Made by a program: the position numbers and the translations under genes. A stretch of DNA of 64,000 nt from the human T2T-CHM13v2.0 reference genome, Homo sapiens: assembly GCF_009914755.1 (NCBI RefSeq), contig NC_060936.1; one strand, 5' to 3'. Below are positions 44,616-58,608 of this stretch, in pieces. Numbering within the stretch: position 1 is the first letter of the stretch; every line of letters begins with the position of its first letter. The notes beneath the pieces are model-generated. The model saw nothing but the letters and a program-made list of their open reading frames with translations, searched no databases and was not told the origin of the DNA.

Positions 44616-45372
44616 TTATTTGACTCAGTAAAGCAGCTTATTACAACTGATGCTAATAGTATAGAGAAAAAAGTTGTGCAGTTCTAAAATGGTCCTAGAG
44701 ATTGACTTTTTTCCCCCAAGAAAGTTAGGGAACAAAACGAACTTTTTTCCTGGTTGAGCATTAACTGACAATCACGACAGTAGAACCGTTAGAGTTTAGT
44801 TTTTAATATTATGTGTGTTATCTTTCATCAGTTAATAATGAGTAAGCCTATTCAGAAAAAGAACATAAACTGATCAAAAACTCAGCATCTCCAGCCTTTC
44901 ATTTCCTGCTATTCAGGAAATTGCTTAGAACATCTTGATGTCCTCCTTGTTCTTCCTGGACAGTGACTTTTTGGGAGTTTGTTCCTGCTGCGTAATGTGA
45001 TACCCACTTCAGATTTTTTTTTTATCAATACATTTAGTAAGTTGAACTTCTGTCAAGTTTTATTACAAAATTACTTGTTAAAACAATTTTTACTAAACTG
45101 CATTTCTATCTAGCATATTTTTGATATGGAAGTGATAGTATAGTATAGTTCCAGGAGAAGTCTTAAATCAGTCCACAGAGTCCAGTTAGCAAATACTCTG
45201 TGCCATTAAGATTGCTAAAATACACAGTTCAGGTAAATTTACTAGTGTTTTTTAAAGGTTTATTTGTTTTCACAAGATGCTCTGTCCACACCCTTATAAC
45301 ATGTAAAATATTGTGTGCTGTATTATGTGGTAAAGTTGTTAAAATTCAGTTTCTAACATTAACTTAAAAGTA

Positions 45373-45727
45373 CAGACAATCTAACATGATGATTTGACTT
45401 ACAAACTTTCAACTAAATTTATGATGGCTTTAAAGCAGTGCACTGAATAGAAACCATACTTTGAGTACCCATACAGCCATTTTTCACTTTTACTACAATA
45501 TTCTATAAATCACATGAGATATTTAACACTTTATTATAAAATAGGCTTTGTGTTAGATGATTTTGCCCAAATGTAAACTAATGTAGTGTTCTGAGCATGT
45601 TTAAGTTAGGGTAGGCTAAACTATGTTTGGTAGGTTAGATGTATTAAAAGCATTTTTGATTAATGATGTCTTCAATTTATGATGTGTTTATTGGAACATA
45701 ACCTCAATATAAGTTGAAAAGCATATG
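45373..45727. mobile_element. TcMar-Tigger MITE (MER47A-like)
   Basis: TA-flanked; internal AACACTTTATTATAAAATAGGCTTTGTGTTAGATGATTTTGCCC. Confidence 0.7.
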
Positions 45728-46309
45728 TATTTTCAATTCTGGCATGAACCTATGGGAATCTTTTGCATTTAAGAACCTCCCCATTTTAATAATTTCATGG
45801 GTCTAAGATTCTTCATCTGTTTATAAGGAACTTTAGTCTTAGTGATTAGAGACTAAATTTTTTTTTGAGCAGTAAGAAAACAGCCTTTTGGGACAGATAG
45901 TGAGTGATTCTTAGGAACTTGACATTGCCAAGAAATTTTATAGATGCCGAAGAATTCTTATGTGAAATTCACATAAGCATGCCCATTACTAAAGACAGTT
46001 TGTATAAAGTAACCCTAAATGTTTATTGAGGAACCTACAGCTTCAACTGACTTACGTGCAGATATGTACCAGGAGAACATCATTTTAGCTTGGGCGTCTT
46101 TACTTGGGGTTTTCAGAGGATCCAGGAACCTCACTGTATGCAAAGTCTTGTGGATGTACCTGAATGTTTTTGGAGGCAGGTCACATAGTTTCTGAAAGTG
46201 TTCTCTTATTTTCCTCAAATGTAGGTAACCATTGTTACAAGTTATTTAACAGGAGAATAGTAACAATGTCTAACTTATGCTAATGATTTTGTGTGCTGAG
46301 CTCCCATTA

Positions 46310-46315
46310 ATTAAA
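46310..46315 (+). terminator. Putative distal polyadenylation signal ATTAAA
   Basis: ATTAAA followed ~15 nt later by TTGTTT; inferred end of the long 3' UTR. Confidence 0.4.
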
Positions 46316-47810
46316 ATGTCTTCAGAATGCTTGTTTCCAGATCCTTGGTCTGTATTATTAAGATACATGTCTAGGTGCTACTTCAGGCTTACAGAATCAG
46401 TCTTTGGAAGTCAGATCAGGAATCTGCATTTTAACAAGCATCCAGGTGATTTCTTGAGCCCCTCTGAAGTTAGAGCACTACCATTATATATTGTATTTCA
46501 TATGTTAATCTTTTGATTTATGGCCAAGTGGACAATTCCCTTAATTTTTAAAAGCTTGTCCCTTGATTTTCTAAGATATTTGCTCTAGTTCCGGTCGCCA
46601 TTTTTAGTAAAAAGTGATGACAGCTCAGCCTGTTATATGTAGATTTCTCATTTCTTACTTTCTGAAGAAAATTAAGCTTTCTGTGTCACTTCTGAGCACG
46701 AAACAAGATTAAATTATTGGAATCTGAAAGGCTTCCATCAGTACCTAATCTCATTACCTGATACTAAGTATCTGTACTTGGACATATGTATATACACTGC
46801 CGTTTGAATAATGCAACCATATTTGGCCTGTTCTTCCCTTGGGATCTTACAATATGGGGAATTTAAGTTGTATATTTTTGAGGAGTTTTCTAATTACAGA
46901 TGCTTTCCCCATTGTTGTATGCAGGCTTCTAATTTTCAGGCCATGCATCTTGACACAGGGAAAAATGGTGTGTCACCCTTAGATAGAAAGGTTGGGGGAG
47001 TGCCTGCGGTTGTACTGGACATCCACACTCTTTTTTAATATCCACAGCACCTCTTTCAGCCACCTGGGAAATTACACTGTTTATGAAATCAATGTTTAAA
47101 AGAAGTGATTGTAAACAAAAGTCTTCTAAGAACGATCAGGAATCAAGAATCCTATCATTTTTGCCTAATGTGATTCAATCCCTATTGATGAAATCAGGAT
47201 GTTAGAATAATAGGAAGTGAACTATTAAGTATGCCTCTCCCTCTCAAATGATCTAGATAGTATATTGCCCCTCACATACCCCCTCTCTCTGCAAAAGATG
47301 ACAGAACGAAAAGAAATTCCAGTAAGCTTTGCTGTGATCAATGAGCAGCAGTCAGTTTAGCTTAGCTTTTTAAATTAAAAAGACCTATTAACTTCTAAGA
47401 TGGACTTTTACTGTGACAGTCAATAATGTGTCCAATATCACACTAGTCTGATTGGAAGCACAGGACCCAGTACAGTAGGTTGGTAGACTGCTTTAAAAAT
47501 AGAAATAGAGCTATTTTTCTATGGCTTTGAGTGTTGTTTTCCCTGATCATGTAGGTACTAGAATCCCTTCCATTGGTGTAACTGACTCACTTTAGAAAGC
47601 AAGTTGCTCTCCAGTAGGAGAGCCATCAAGGTACTTCTGAATGTCAGCATTAACACTGCATGCTACCTACAGTCACTGTCAGGGGCACGAATATGGAGTA
47701 CGTACCGAAAGATTTTGGCCACATGTTTTGTTAGCTAAGTCAAGTCTTAAATGAGCCAAATGTAGTATTTGCTGACTAGGAAGTAAGTCATTTGAAATTA
47801 ACAGTATTTA

Positions 47811-47970
47811 GGCTGTACATGGTGGCTCATGCCTGTGATCCCAGCACTTTGGGAGGCTGAGACGGGAGGATTGCTTGAGCCCAGAAGTTTAATGTTACAT
47901 TGAGCTATGATGGTGCCACTGCACTCCAGCCTGGGCAACAGAGCAAGACCCTATCTCTTAAAAAAAAAAA
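47811..47970 (+). mobile_element. Alu monomer (FRAM-like)
   Basis: Single arm, A tail, TSD-like TTAACAG. Confidence 0.8.
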
Positions 47971-48614
47971 GTTAACAGCATGTAACCCTAATAGATTATA
48001 TAGAGATTAAATTGTTAAGTTTTTGGAGTGAAATGTAAGTTCTTTTAGTTTTTGTACTTTTAAAAGTAATACTATTATAAACACATAGATGTCCCTTTAC
48101 ACACTTCTTCCCCCAAATGGACATCTGCTATTCCTTCTTTCGCACATCAAGGTGTAAAGTAGTGAAGTCTAAAAGCTGAATTTTTAAAACTTGCTCAAAT
48201 ATTTATCCCAAAGTTATTCAACTTTTGAATAACTTTGGGACAAATTATTCTTTTTTGATTAACAGAGCTTTTAAGCATTCTGTGTAAAAGCTAATGACTT
48301 CTTAAAGGAGGAGAAACTATAGTTCTCACTAGCTTCCTCCACATCCTACTAATAATGTTTTTCTAAACTAACCTTTGAACTTTCTGTGGAGAATGACTTT
48401 TGCCAAAGTTTTATTGACAAGTGAAGACAGGAGAAAATCCTTTTCATTGACATTTCATACCTGAAAAGCGCTTCATAAGCTACAGCTTACATAGTGGATG
48501 GGTTGTCTTGGCAAAGGCACATCTTAGGGATGGAATTTAAGGAATAAGAATGTGGTCAATTAGTTCAGATGGCAGAATTCTGAAGCCATCAGTCAGACAC
48601 ACTAGAATCCTTTC

Positions 48615-49328
48615 CCGATTGAAATTGCTTTTATCAAAAGGCAATAACCGATGCTGGAGAGGATGTGGAGAAAGGGGAACTCTCATACACTTGGTGGGAA
48701 TGTAAGTTAGTACAACCACCATGGAGAACAATTTGGAAGTTAGTAAAAAAAAAAAAAAGCTAAAAAAACTACCATATGGTCCAGCAATCCCACTGCTGAG
48801 TGTACATCCAAAAGAAAGGGAATTAGAGTATCCAAGAGAGATGCGTACTCCCATGTTTATTGCAGCATGATTATAAGAGCCAAGATATGGACTCAACCTA
48901 CACATCCATCAACAGATGAATAAAGAAAATGTGGTACATATACAGAATGGAATATTATTCAGCCATAAAAATAAAATTCTGATGTGACAACACAGATGTA
49001 AGTAGAGGACATGTTAATTGAAATAAGCCAGGCATGGAAAGATAAATATTTCATGTTCTCATTCATATGTGGAGGCTAAGAAAAATTGCATTTATGGAGA
49101 TAGTAGAATGACGGTTACCAGAGGGTGGGAAGGGTGGTGGGGAGGTGGGACAAAGAAGGGGTGGTTAATGCGTATAAAAATACAATCAGAAGGAATAAGA
49201 TCTAGTGTTTGGTAGCACAACAGGGTGACTATAGTTAACAATAATTTATTGTATATTTCAAAGTAAAGAGTAGAATTGGAATGTTCCTAATGCAAAGAAA
49301 CGATAAGTGCTTGAGGTGATGACTATCT
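48615..49328 (+). mobile_element. L1MA-type 3' fragment
   Basis: GATGCTGGAGAGGATGTGGAGAAAGGGGAAC...AATAAGATCTAGTGTTTG...GCTTGAGGTGAT. Confidence 0.8.
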
Positions 49329-49432
49329 GCCCTCCCACCAAAAAAAATTCTTTCTCCAAATGTATTCCCCTTAATCCTAACAGGACAACTGAATCATTCT
49401 GAACATAAGAATACAACTTCCTTTAAAAAAAC

Positions 49433-49433
<1 letters not shown>

Positions 49434-49477
<44 letters not shown>

Positions 49478-49478
49478 A
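49434..49478. repeat. (CA)n microsatellite, about 20 units
   Basis: Direct inspection. Confidence 0.95.
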
Positions 49479-49762
49479 ACACTTGTAGAAAAGGAGATTC
49501 TTTACCACAGAAATTCTCATTTTTATGGGTCACTCTGAATTTGATTTTGTGACACTTTTTCCCATGTCTGGATTGCTGAGGTTTCCACATCCTTCTTCAG
49601 CTCTACCCCTCAGAATTAGACATAAAGAAGTAAGTTTAGAAGAGAGTTTATTCTGTAAGAAGGTTTGAATTATAAATATTGTATTTGATAGCTTCACAAT
49701 ACCGAGTGGATCCATAAGAGGCCTAGCCTTGGTCCAGGGTTCACTCATATTTTAATTTCCTA

Positions 49763-50167
<405 letters not shown>

Positions 50168-53100
50168 GTAGAAGTTTTATATGCCTTATTTTTATTCTTG
50201 TTCTCTTATAATTTATATGCTATCACTGACCCAAAGTTTCTTGGCCACAATTTAGAATTGTATACCCATGTAAACTCAAATAATGTGAGCCGTGTTGATA
50301 GGTGGTACTTCAAATAATACAACTTGCTTTAGGGGCTTGTTTTCTCAAGTTCAAGGTGAATTCAGGGTGGAGTCTGGATGCCTGGGTCACCTTTATAAGG
50401 TGCTTTATATTCTTGCAAAGAATATAAAATTTATTCTATAAGCTTTGGAAGTCAAATGTCAGAAAATAATTTAGTCAAACTGAATTGTTCATATTAGAAA
50501 ATGTCTACTTATGAAGTAAAACAAAAAGCTTAGACTAAGAACACAGATTGAGTCCGTCATGGGTCTGAGACCTGGTTCAGTTGCTTCTTAGTTTTGTGAC
50601 CAGGCCTCTCAGCCCTCAGTTTCTCATTTGTAGATGAGGATATTACCTACCTCAGTTGTGAGGAGTAAATGGAGTACATATAAAATGTCTAATATGGTAC
50701 TGGGCATGATAAAGCACTTATAAATGCTATCATTATTATTTCATGGCAACCAAATAGATACTGCCACAAACTATCTTTTTGAATCTTAAAGCTACATGGT
50801 TTGCTTTTCCTCCCCAAACATACTATCCTACAGATAGAGCCTTGAGGCACCCATTGGTTTTTTTTCTATTGACTGAGGTCATTTTGACTCCAAATCTGAA
50901 CTGTGTATTCTGGTTTCTTCTGAGCCACAGCCTCACTGACCCCACCATAAATCACCATTCTTTTTATGCTTCAGTTTTCTTCATATTTGCTTAGATATGC
51001 TTGCCTTTTATCCATTCCCCCTTTATAAAAATTATTATTAAAAATGATGAAAGATGAGTGTAAGATACAGCTTATGTTTTGCTTATTTATGAAGTCTGAT
51101 CACCCTCAAGTCAATAAATAATCAAAATTAAAAATGACATGTCTGCATTAAACATTTTTAGTAGTATGGGAAATTATGGTGTCTGACAGTCAGTGAACAT
51201 TTTATTAGGCAACAAATTAATGCTTAATATTGTGGACAGCTGTTTTTGGTTATGCTTCAACATTAGGTCAATTTGGTCAGACTCTGATACCAAATTGTCC
51301 TGCTTGATTTCAGGTCAGATTGTATTATCTGCATGTCTAGATGGTTGACACAGCCTTCATGCAAAGTTTCAGTGCAATTTTTCTTTGTTTATCCTTTTTC
51401 CCTCTCAAAATGATAGTTTATGTAGTATTTGAGAGTAATCAGCAGGAACAAATACTTTTTTGTGTTATAAACACCATCTGTTACAATATGAGTTGAAGTG
51501 CTAAAAGCCACTTGAGTATTAATTTTCAGAAATTTTCATCTGAGCACAGTGTATCACTCATATTGACTATTGAGACTAATAATCAAGGCTTTTCACTCAA
51601 AGTCAGGAGAGATGTTGGTTTGTGCATATCTTGAAAATAAAATGGTGTTATGGAGGAGTCTGCTTGAGTTTCCTAAAGGTAAAAAATTGCATGCTTATTT
51701 CATTTCCTTTTACTGATAAGTTACAATACTACTAAATCAAGGAAGCACCTTAGATAGGCAATAAACTTATTTTGGTATGATATTCATGTGGTTAATTTGA
51801 CAAAATTAGGAGCAGTTGGTAGTAATAGAGAACAATTGCTGCCAAGAAGACCAAAGTATACCCTATAATCTCTAGAAGACAAAGTTGATGGGAAAAAAAT
51901 CCAGCCAAACTAATTGTGAGCTTGATTGTGTGCTATAAATATAAAGGTCAGCCCTTTCTCTTGCCTTGTTCAACATGAATTTAAGCATAGTAAGCACATG
52001 CACCAAATTTGCTTGTGACACATACTTGATAGACTGGAATGATGGCTTAAAACCTAAAGGACAAATTATTAAAGGAAAAGGAATCAGACTTTTTGTCGAA
52101 TTCCAATCTTGAAACTCTCACTTTGCTTTGAGTATCTCCAAACTCTCACATCCAATATCTATCCTTTAATAACTTTACACCTGCTTTCTCCATTCACACT
52201 GGGGTGTTGCCAGGCAAATTCTCCCTTACTTTAAGTCTACTCATGTCCTTCCATTCTTTCTCCCGAACACATTTCTTTGCACTGCTGAAGCCTAGATTTC
52301 TCTTCACGACATTGCATTTCCAGCTGGCTTCTAACTTGGCCAGCATGGTGGGTGTGAGTGGTAAGGGAAGGAGAAGAAATAAGGAGTCCTCAGGCCTCTC
52401 ACTTTCTGTCTATGAAATGGAAATTGGTAGGTGTGGATAGGTTGGTCTCTTCCAGTTGTGGGCCATGGATGCTTCAGCATCCCCTTGGTTGTCTTAGTTT
52501 ATTTATATTGCCTTTTTCATTTCTTTGTTCATATGGGCTACAGCCTCTCAGAAGCCATTTCCATTTTTCCAGGTGTTTTAAGGACTAGTTTATAGTATTT
52601 CTCTCATTTCACTGCTTTCCTCAATGACAACAAATACCTATGTTGAGGACTCATTGGTGTTCTTAATATAAAACTTCCCTAATTTTGTGGACCCCTATTT
52701 CATATCTCAGCTGTTTGCCGTCATGGCCATTCATGATCACATGGCCCTCTTACACCTGTAAGATCTTATATTGGAGGTCTCCTTATCTGACAGTATCTCT
52801 TTTTATATTTTCCCACCCAATTTTTCGCTTCCTGATGCCTAGCCTCTTTAGCTGCTTGATCCAAGCCACTTCTGTTGGCTTACCTTGTGACTATTGACTT
52901 CTTACTTATCATGAATTATGAGGGCAACCACCTCATTAAAACCTAGGTATCCACGTCTCTTAAATTTCTGTCAAATATTGCAAACCAATGCTCAATTTTA
53001 TATTACTCTGGCTTCAGAATCAATGAGGCATAGGGAGATAATTAACACTTTGAGTGTCGAATATCTGCCAGCCACCATGTTAATCACTTTATACATATAC

Positions 53101-53271
53101 AATACAATCAGCATAACAGCCCTATAAGGTTTAGATATTATTGCCCTACTATTACAGAAATGGAGGCTGAAAAATGTGAAGTAATGTGTCCTGATTAAGC
53201 ATAAGTAGGCAAATAGCAGAGTGAAGATTTAAACTTAGTTTTATTTTTAAAAATGTCTTATTTCCATGCAG

Positions 53272-53586
53272 TATTTATTTATTTATTTATTTACTTTAGA
53301 GATGGGGTTTTGCTCTGTCATTCAAGCTAGGGTGCAGTGGCATGACCATAACTCACTGCAGCCTTGAACTCCTTGGCTCAAGCGAGCCTTCTGCTTCAGC
53401 CTCCTGAGCAGCTGGGAATACTGCCACATACCATTACACTAGTAATTTTTATTTTTATTTTTGTCTTTTGTAGAGATGGGGTCTCATTATGTTTCCCAGG
53501 CTGGTCTTAAACTCCTGGCCTCAGCAATCATCCTGCCTTGGCCTCCCAAAGTGCTGGGATTATAGGCCTGAGCCATTATGCCCGGC
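53272..53586 (-). mobile_element. AluJ with (TTTA)n tail
   Basis: Antisense dimeric Alu. Confidence 0.88.
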
Positions 53587-54539
53587 ATAATGTATTTTTA
53601 AAGTTTATATTTTTGTAATCAATATCACACAGGTACATGGTTTCCACAAGACTTTTTGTTATGAGAAACTGTTCCTCTCCTTCTCCCCGCCATCCATATC
53701 CTCCTACCCTCCCCAACCCCCACCAGTGGCGAGACTTTCAACTGTCAGGTCATGCTTGTGGTATTTACTTCCATATGTCCCAATGCTGTAATATGTGTAT
53801 GCTGCTACTACTTTGATTTTCAGCTCTAGGCATTAACCATTGATTTTTCATCTTGGAAGACAAGAATTTAGCTGTTTACCCTCTCCCCACAGCCCCTATT
53901 ATTCACATACACACTTTCTTATCTGTCTGTCTTCTAATATAATTGATATAATATTGGTTAGGTCAATATTTAGTGCTTATGTTATGACTTCGTAACTGTA
54001 ATCCCCAAATGAGACATGCTCCCCTTCAGCCCTAATTTTCATTTTTCTTGGGGAGTTAATTCTTATCAAGGTTTTTTACTGGCTGATTTTATATACAGTT
54101 GTCACTAATCTAACCCCACACTCTCTACCAAATATTTAAATTGAGGCTTGTCAAATGTGAGCTTACCTACAGGGTAATCTGTTTGCATTATTTTGTTCAG
54201 AGCTTTCAATATTATCTGAGCTTTCAGTGTGTTTTAAGATCTTGCCTTTGCCAGATTCTCCAAAGATATTTTTTGTCTTTATTTGGCTGGAGAATAAATG
54301 CCTGGCTGTCAGACTTCTGAGGTTTGGGAGTCTCCATGTCATGATATCATGAGTCTCACTACCTCAATACATTCATTTAATCAGAATGGTACCCGTATTC
54401 TCAACTATGCCTGATGCTCCTAAGTACAGAGGCCCTTTGTTTTACCCTTTCCAGAGAATAACCTTCAATTTTCTACCTGGGGGCAAAAGAGGAGGTGGCT
54501 TGGCTATTTAGTCAAGGGGAATATGGAATTTTAACTCCT

Positions 54540-56340
54540 TTTTAAAAATAAGATAACAGCTTTATCGAGATATGATATATATGCCAAAAGATTCCCTCCC
54601 TTAAAGTGTACAATTTTGTGGTTTTTAGTATATTCACAAAGTTGTGTAAATATCACTAATATTTAATTTTATTAGTGATGAATTCTGTATGAATTTTATT
54701 AGTGATAAATTCTGTATAAAAATTCATTTTCATACAGAAACCTTGTACCTTTTAGCAGCTATTCCCCACCTCTTCTTTTTTTCCAGTCCCTGGCAGCCAC
54801 TAACCTACTTTCTGTGTGTGTCTCTCTCTCTTTTTAAAACGATCTCTTTTTACATCTTCTAGACATTTCATATAAACAAAATCTTGCAATACATGCATGG
54901 TCTTTTGTGACTGGCGTCTCTCACTTAGCATAATATTTTCAAGGTTCACCCATATTGTAACATGTATCAGTACATTATTTCCTTATATTGCTAAATAACA
55001 TTTTATTTATCATGTATCATTTTTTGTTTTTTTCATTAGGTGATAGTATTTGAGTTGTTTCTATTTTTGGCTATTATGAATAATGCTGCTATGAACATTC
55101 ATGTACAGTTTTTGTGTGGATGTATATTTTCATTTTTCTTCGGTGTATACCTAAGGGTGGAATTGCTGAATCATGTAGTAACTCTAGTTTTACCTTTGTG
55201 AGGAACCGCCAAACGTTTTTTCAAAGTGACTACACCATTTTACACATAGCTAGGAGTGAAATTGTTGAGTCATACAGTAACTTTATGTTTTGCATTTTGA
55301 GAAACCACCAAACTGTTTCCCAAAGTGACTGTACCATTTTATAATACCACCAGCAATGTGTGAGTGTTCCACATTTTCTGCTTCTTTACCAACATTTGTT
55401 ATTGTCTGTCTTTTTTATTTTAGCCATCCTAGTCGGTCAGAAGTCATACTGTGTTTTTTGATTTGCATTTCCCTAATGACTATTGATGTAGAGCACCTTT
55501 TCCTGTTTGCACTGGCCATATCTTCTTTGGAGAAATGTCTATTAATTTTTTTTTGCCCAGCCAGAGCATGATAGCAAGACCCTGCCTTTACAACAGCAAC
55601 AAAAAATTAGCTGGGTGTGATGGCCTGTGCTTGTAGTCCCAGATGCTTGGGACGCTGAGGCAGGAGGATCACTTGAGCCCAGGAGGTTGAGGCTGCCAAG
55701 AACTATGATTGTGCCACTGCACTCCACTGTGGGTAACAAAGCCAGCTGTCTCAAATAAATTTTGTTTCCCAATTAAAAATTGGTCTGTTTTTTTAATTGC
55801 TGAGTTGTAGGAATTTTTTATTCTGGATACTGTTTCCTATGAGATATATGATTTATAAATATTTCCTCCCACATTGTGGGTTGTCTTTTCACTTTTCTGA
55901 GGGTGTCCTCTGAAGCACAGAAGTTTTTAATTTTGATGAAATCTTATTTTTTTCTTTAGGTACTTATGTTTTTGGTGTCCTATCTAAGAAACAATGGCCT
56001 AATCCAAAGTCAAAAACATTTACTCCTATCCTTTCTTCTAAGAATTTTAATTTTAGTTCTTACATGTGTGTTTGTGATTCATTTTGAGTTAATTTTTGTG
56101 TGCAATGTGAAATAGAAGTCCATCTTCATTATTTTGCATGTGGATATCCAAAGTTGTCCCGGGACAGTTTGTTCAAAAGATCATTCTTTCCCCATTGAAT
56201 TGTCTTGGCACGTTTGTTGAAAATCAATTCCCTCTACATGTAAGGGTTTATTTCTGGACACTCAATTCTATTTCATTTACCTATATATCTGTCCTTAGTA
56301 CCACACTGTCTTGATTATTGTAACTTTGTTATAAGTTTTG
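54540..56340 (-). mobile_element. Old L1M (L1MB-type) antisense fragment containing a partial Alu (55556-55757)
   Basis: Antisense L1 3' UTR/ORF2-like sequence (TTTGCATTTCCCTAATGACT, CTTTGGAGAAATGTCTATT). Confidence 0.75.
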
Positions 56341-57654
56341 ATTTGTCTAACTGCTTCTCACACTTTGAACCACTCTTTTTCAGTCTCATCTACCTTCAAT
56401 TCCAGAGGTATTTGAGCCTTTAGGGTATTCTGTCATGTAAAGTGCGTTGCTTCTAAGTCTTCTTCATTGATAGCTTAAGGTTCAGCTTTCCCATGACTGC
56501 AAAGCCTTTGATCAGTTTTTTCTTCTTTCAAGCTGCTAATTTTTTGTTGCCATTGTTTTCCAACTTATGCGACTCTTGTGTACCTTGAAAAGGAATTTTT
56601 TATCTTGTTTTAATAGGGTTTCCAGGGTGAGCAAAAGTAGTTAAATCTTTAATATTCTAAATATATATTATAAATAAATTACTTTTAATATCTTTTTTTC
56701 CCTCATTTCCACATCCAAGCAGGGACACTATCTAGTGGATTTTATCCCTTCACATCTCTGGTTCTTTCATTACATCTCAGTAACATTAGCTACTATTATT
56801 GTCATTAGTTCATTTGCCTTATTTAAACTTGCTTCTCCTATTAGCTGATTAGAGCTGACCCTTACAGAAAATGTAAGCCAAATAATATTTTCAGAATTAG
56901 ATCAATTAATAATTATGTCTCTTCAAGACTCCAGAAACAATTAAACTTCAGTCAATATTAGTTCATCCCGACTTGTTTTGAAATTTTTTTTCTATATAGA
57001 CAAGCAGTGCCAGCACCAGATTTTGTTTAGATTTTCAGTCAAACAAGCACATTTGGTCAAGAGTTTTTCATTCTTCAGGAGATTGGTAACATTTTCCTGT
57101 GGCCTGGTGAATTTTATGACTTTCTAAGGTTTGAATAGTAAGAATATTGATTAATCTATGCATGTCAAGTTGCTGGATTTGATCTAGTTGACATTGATAT
57201 TTGACAGTATGTTTAGTCATTAAAAGCTCAAATGTCATAGTACTCTTAACCTCTGCTTTCTCCTCACCACATAACGCACAGATCTCGTATATTTAAGTAG
57301 CACTTTTTATATGAAAGGGTCATGTCAAAGATTAAATTTCCATGATTTCCAGTAGAGAGAAAAACCACAAGAGTATTAAAATGAATGGCTGATATATGGG
57401 AATCTAGTTTCCTTTTATTTCTCATTTAGTAAGGAAGATTCCAGGATTAGTATCTGAGCTATATGTAATCTACATGTGGCTAAATTGAACCCTTACCTTT
57501 CCTTTGCAATACATTTTCCTCCATATAACTCTGCATAGAGGCATCACAGGATTAAGAAGAAGCCCTTTTATGAAAGCCATTACACATATATACACTCACA
57601 CATTTGCATGCACAAAATTAGAATATGTCAAGTCAGAAAAAGCTTATTAACATA

Positions 57655-57933
57655 AAATGGAGTTGGTCAATGAGTAAAAAAAATATGCTGATGGGAGGGA
57701 TAAGATCTAGTGTTCGGGAGCACAATAATTTATTTTCTTTTGTATTTTAAAATAACTGGAAGAGTGGAATTGGAATGTTTCTAACACAAAAAGAAATGAT
57801 AAATGCTTGAGGCAATGGATATCTTGATTACCTTATTTGATCATTACACATTGTACGCTTGTGTCAAAATATCACATGTGCCTTATAAATGTGTACAACT
57901 ATTAGTTATCCATAAAAATTAAAAATTAAAAAA
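57655..57933 (+). mobile_element. L1MA 3' end fragment inside TPH2 upstream promoter
   Basis: GATAAGATCTAGTGTTC...TGATAAATGCTTGAGG...TTTGATCATTACACATTGTA...A-rich tail; homologous to 49195-49325. Confidence 0.75.
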
Positions 57934-58080
57934 TCCGTAAAATGGTTTAAGCATTCAGCAGTGCTGATCTTTCTTAAATTATTTTTCTAATTTTGGAAAG
58001 AAAGCACAAAATCTTTGAATTCACAATTGCTTAAAGACTGAGGTTAACTTGCCAGTGGCAGGCTTGAGAGATGAGAGAAC

Positions 58081-58088
58081 TAACGTCA
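58081..58088. promoter_or_regulatory. CRE-like element (TAACGTCA) in TPH2 promoter
   Basis: One mismatch to TGACGTCA, ~240 bp upstream of the inferred TSS; GC box at 58141-58152 and AGATAA at 58195 nearby. Confidence 0.5.
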
Positions 58089-58293
58089 GAGGATAGATGG
58101 TTTCTTGTACAAATAACACCCCCTTATGTATTGTTCTCCACCACCCCCGCCCAAAAAGCTACTCGACCTATGAAACAAATCACACTATGAGCACAGATAA
58201 CCCCAGGCTTCAGGTCTGTAATCTGACTGTGGCCATCGGCAACCAGAAATGAGTTTCTTTCTAATCAGTCTTGCATCAGTCTCCAGTCATTCA

Positions 58294-58299
58294 TATAAA
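58294..58299 (+). promoter_or_regulatory. TPH2: TPH2 TATA box; TSS inferred near 58324
   Basis: TATAAA 30 nt upstream of Inr-like GCATTGC; ATG-free 5' UTR up to 58464. Confidence 0.85.
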
Positions 58300-58331
58300 G
58301 GAGCCCGGGGATGGGAGGATTCGCATTGCTC

Positions 58332-58358
58332 TTCAGCACCAGGGTTCTGGACAGCGCC
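58332..58358 (+). promoter_or_regulatory. Bipartite (long-spacer) RE1/NRSE REST site in TPH2 5' UTR
   Basis: Perfect half sites TTCAGCACC and GGACAGCGCC separated by 8 nt instead of 2. Confidence 0.9.
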
Positions 58359-58425
58359 CCAAGCAGGCAGCTGATCGCACGCCCCTTCCTCTCAATCTCC
58401 GCCAGCGCTGCTACTGCCCCTCTAG

Positions 58426-58608
<183 letters not shown>

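Noticed and set aside
50404-50428. 11-bp-arm hairpin TTTATATTCTT-gca-AAGAATATAAA
   Set aside because: AT-rich, isolated and plausible by chance; no associated feature
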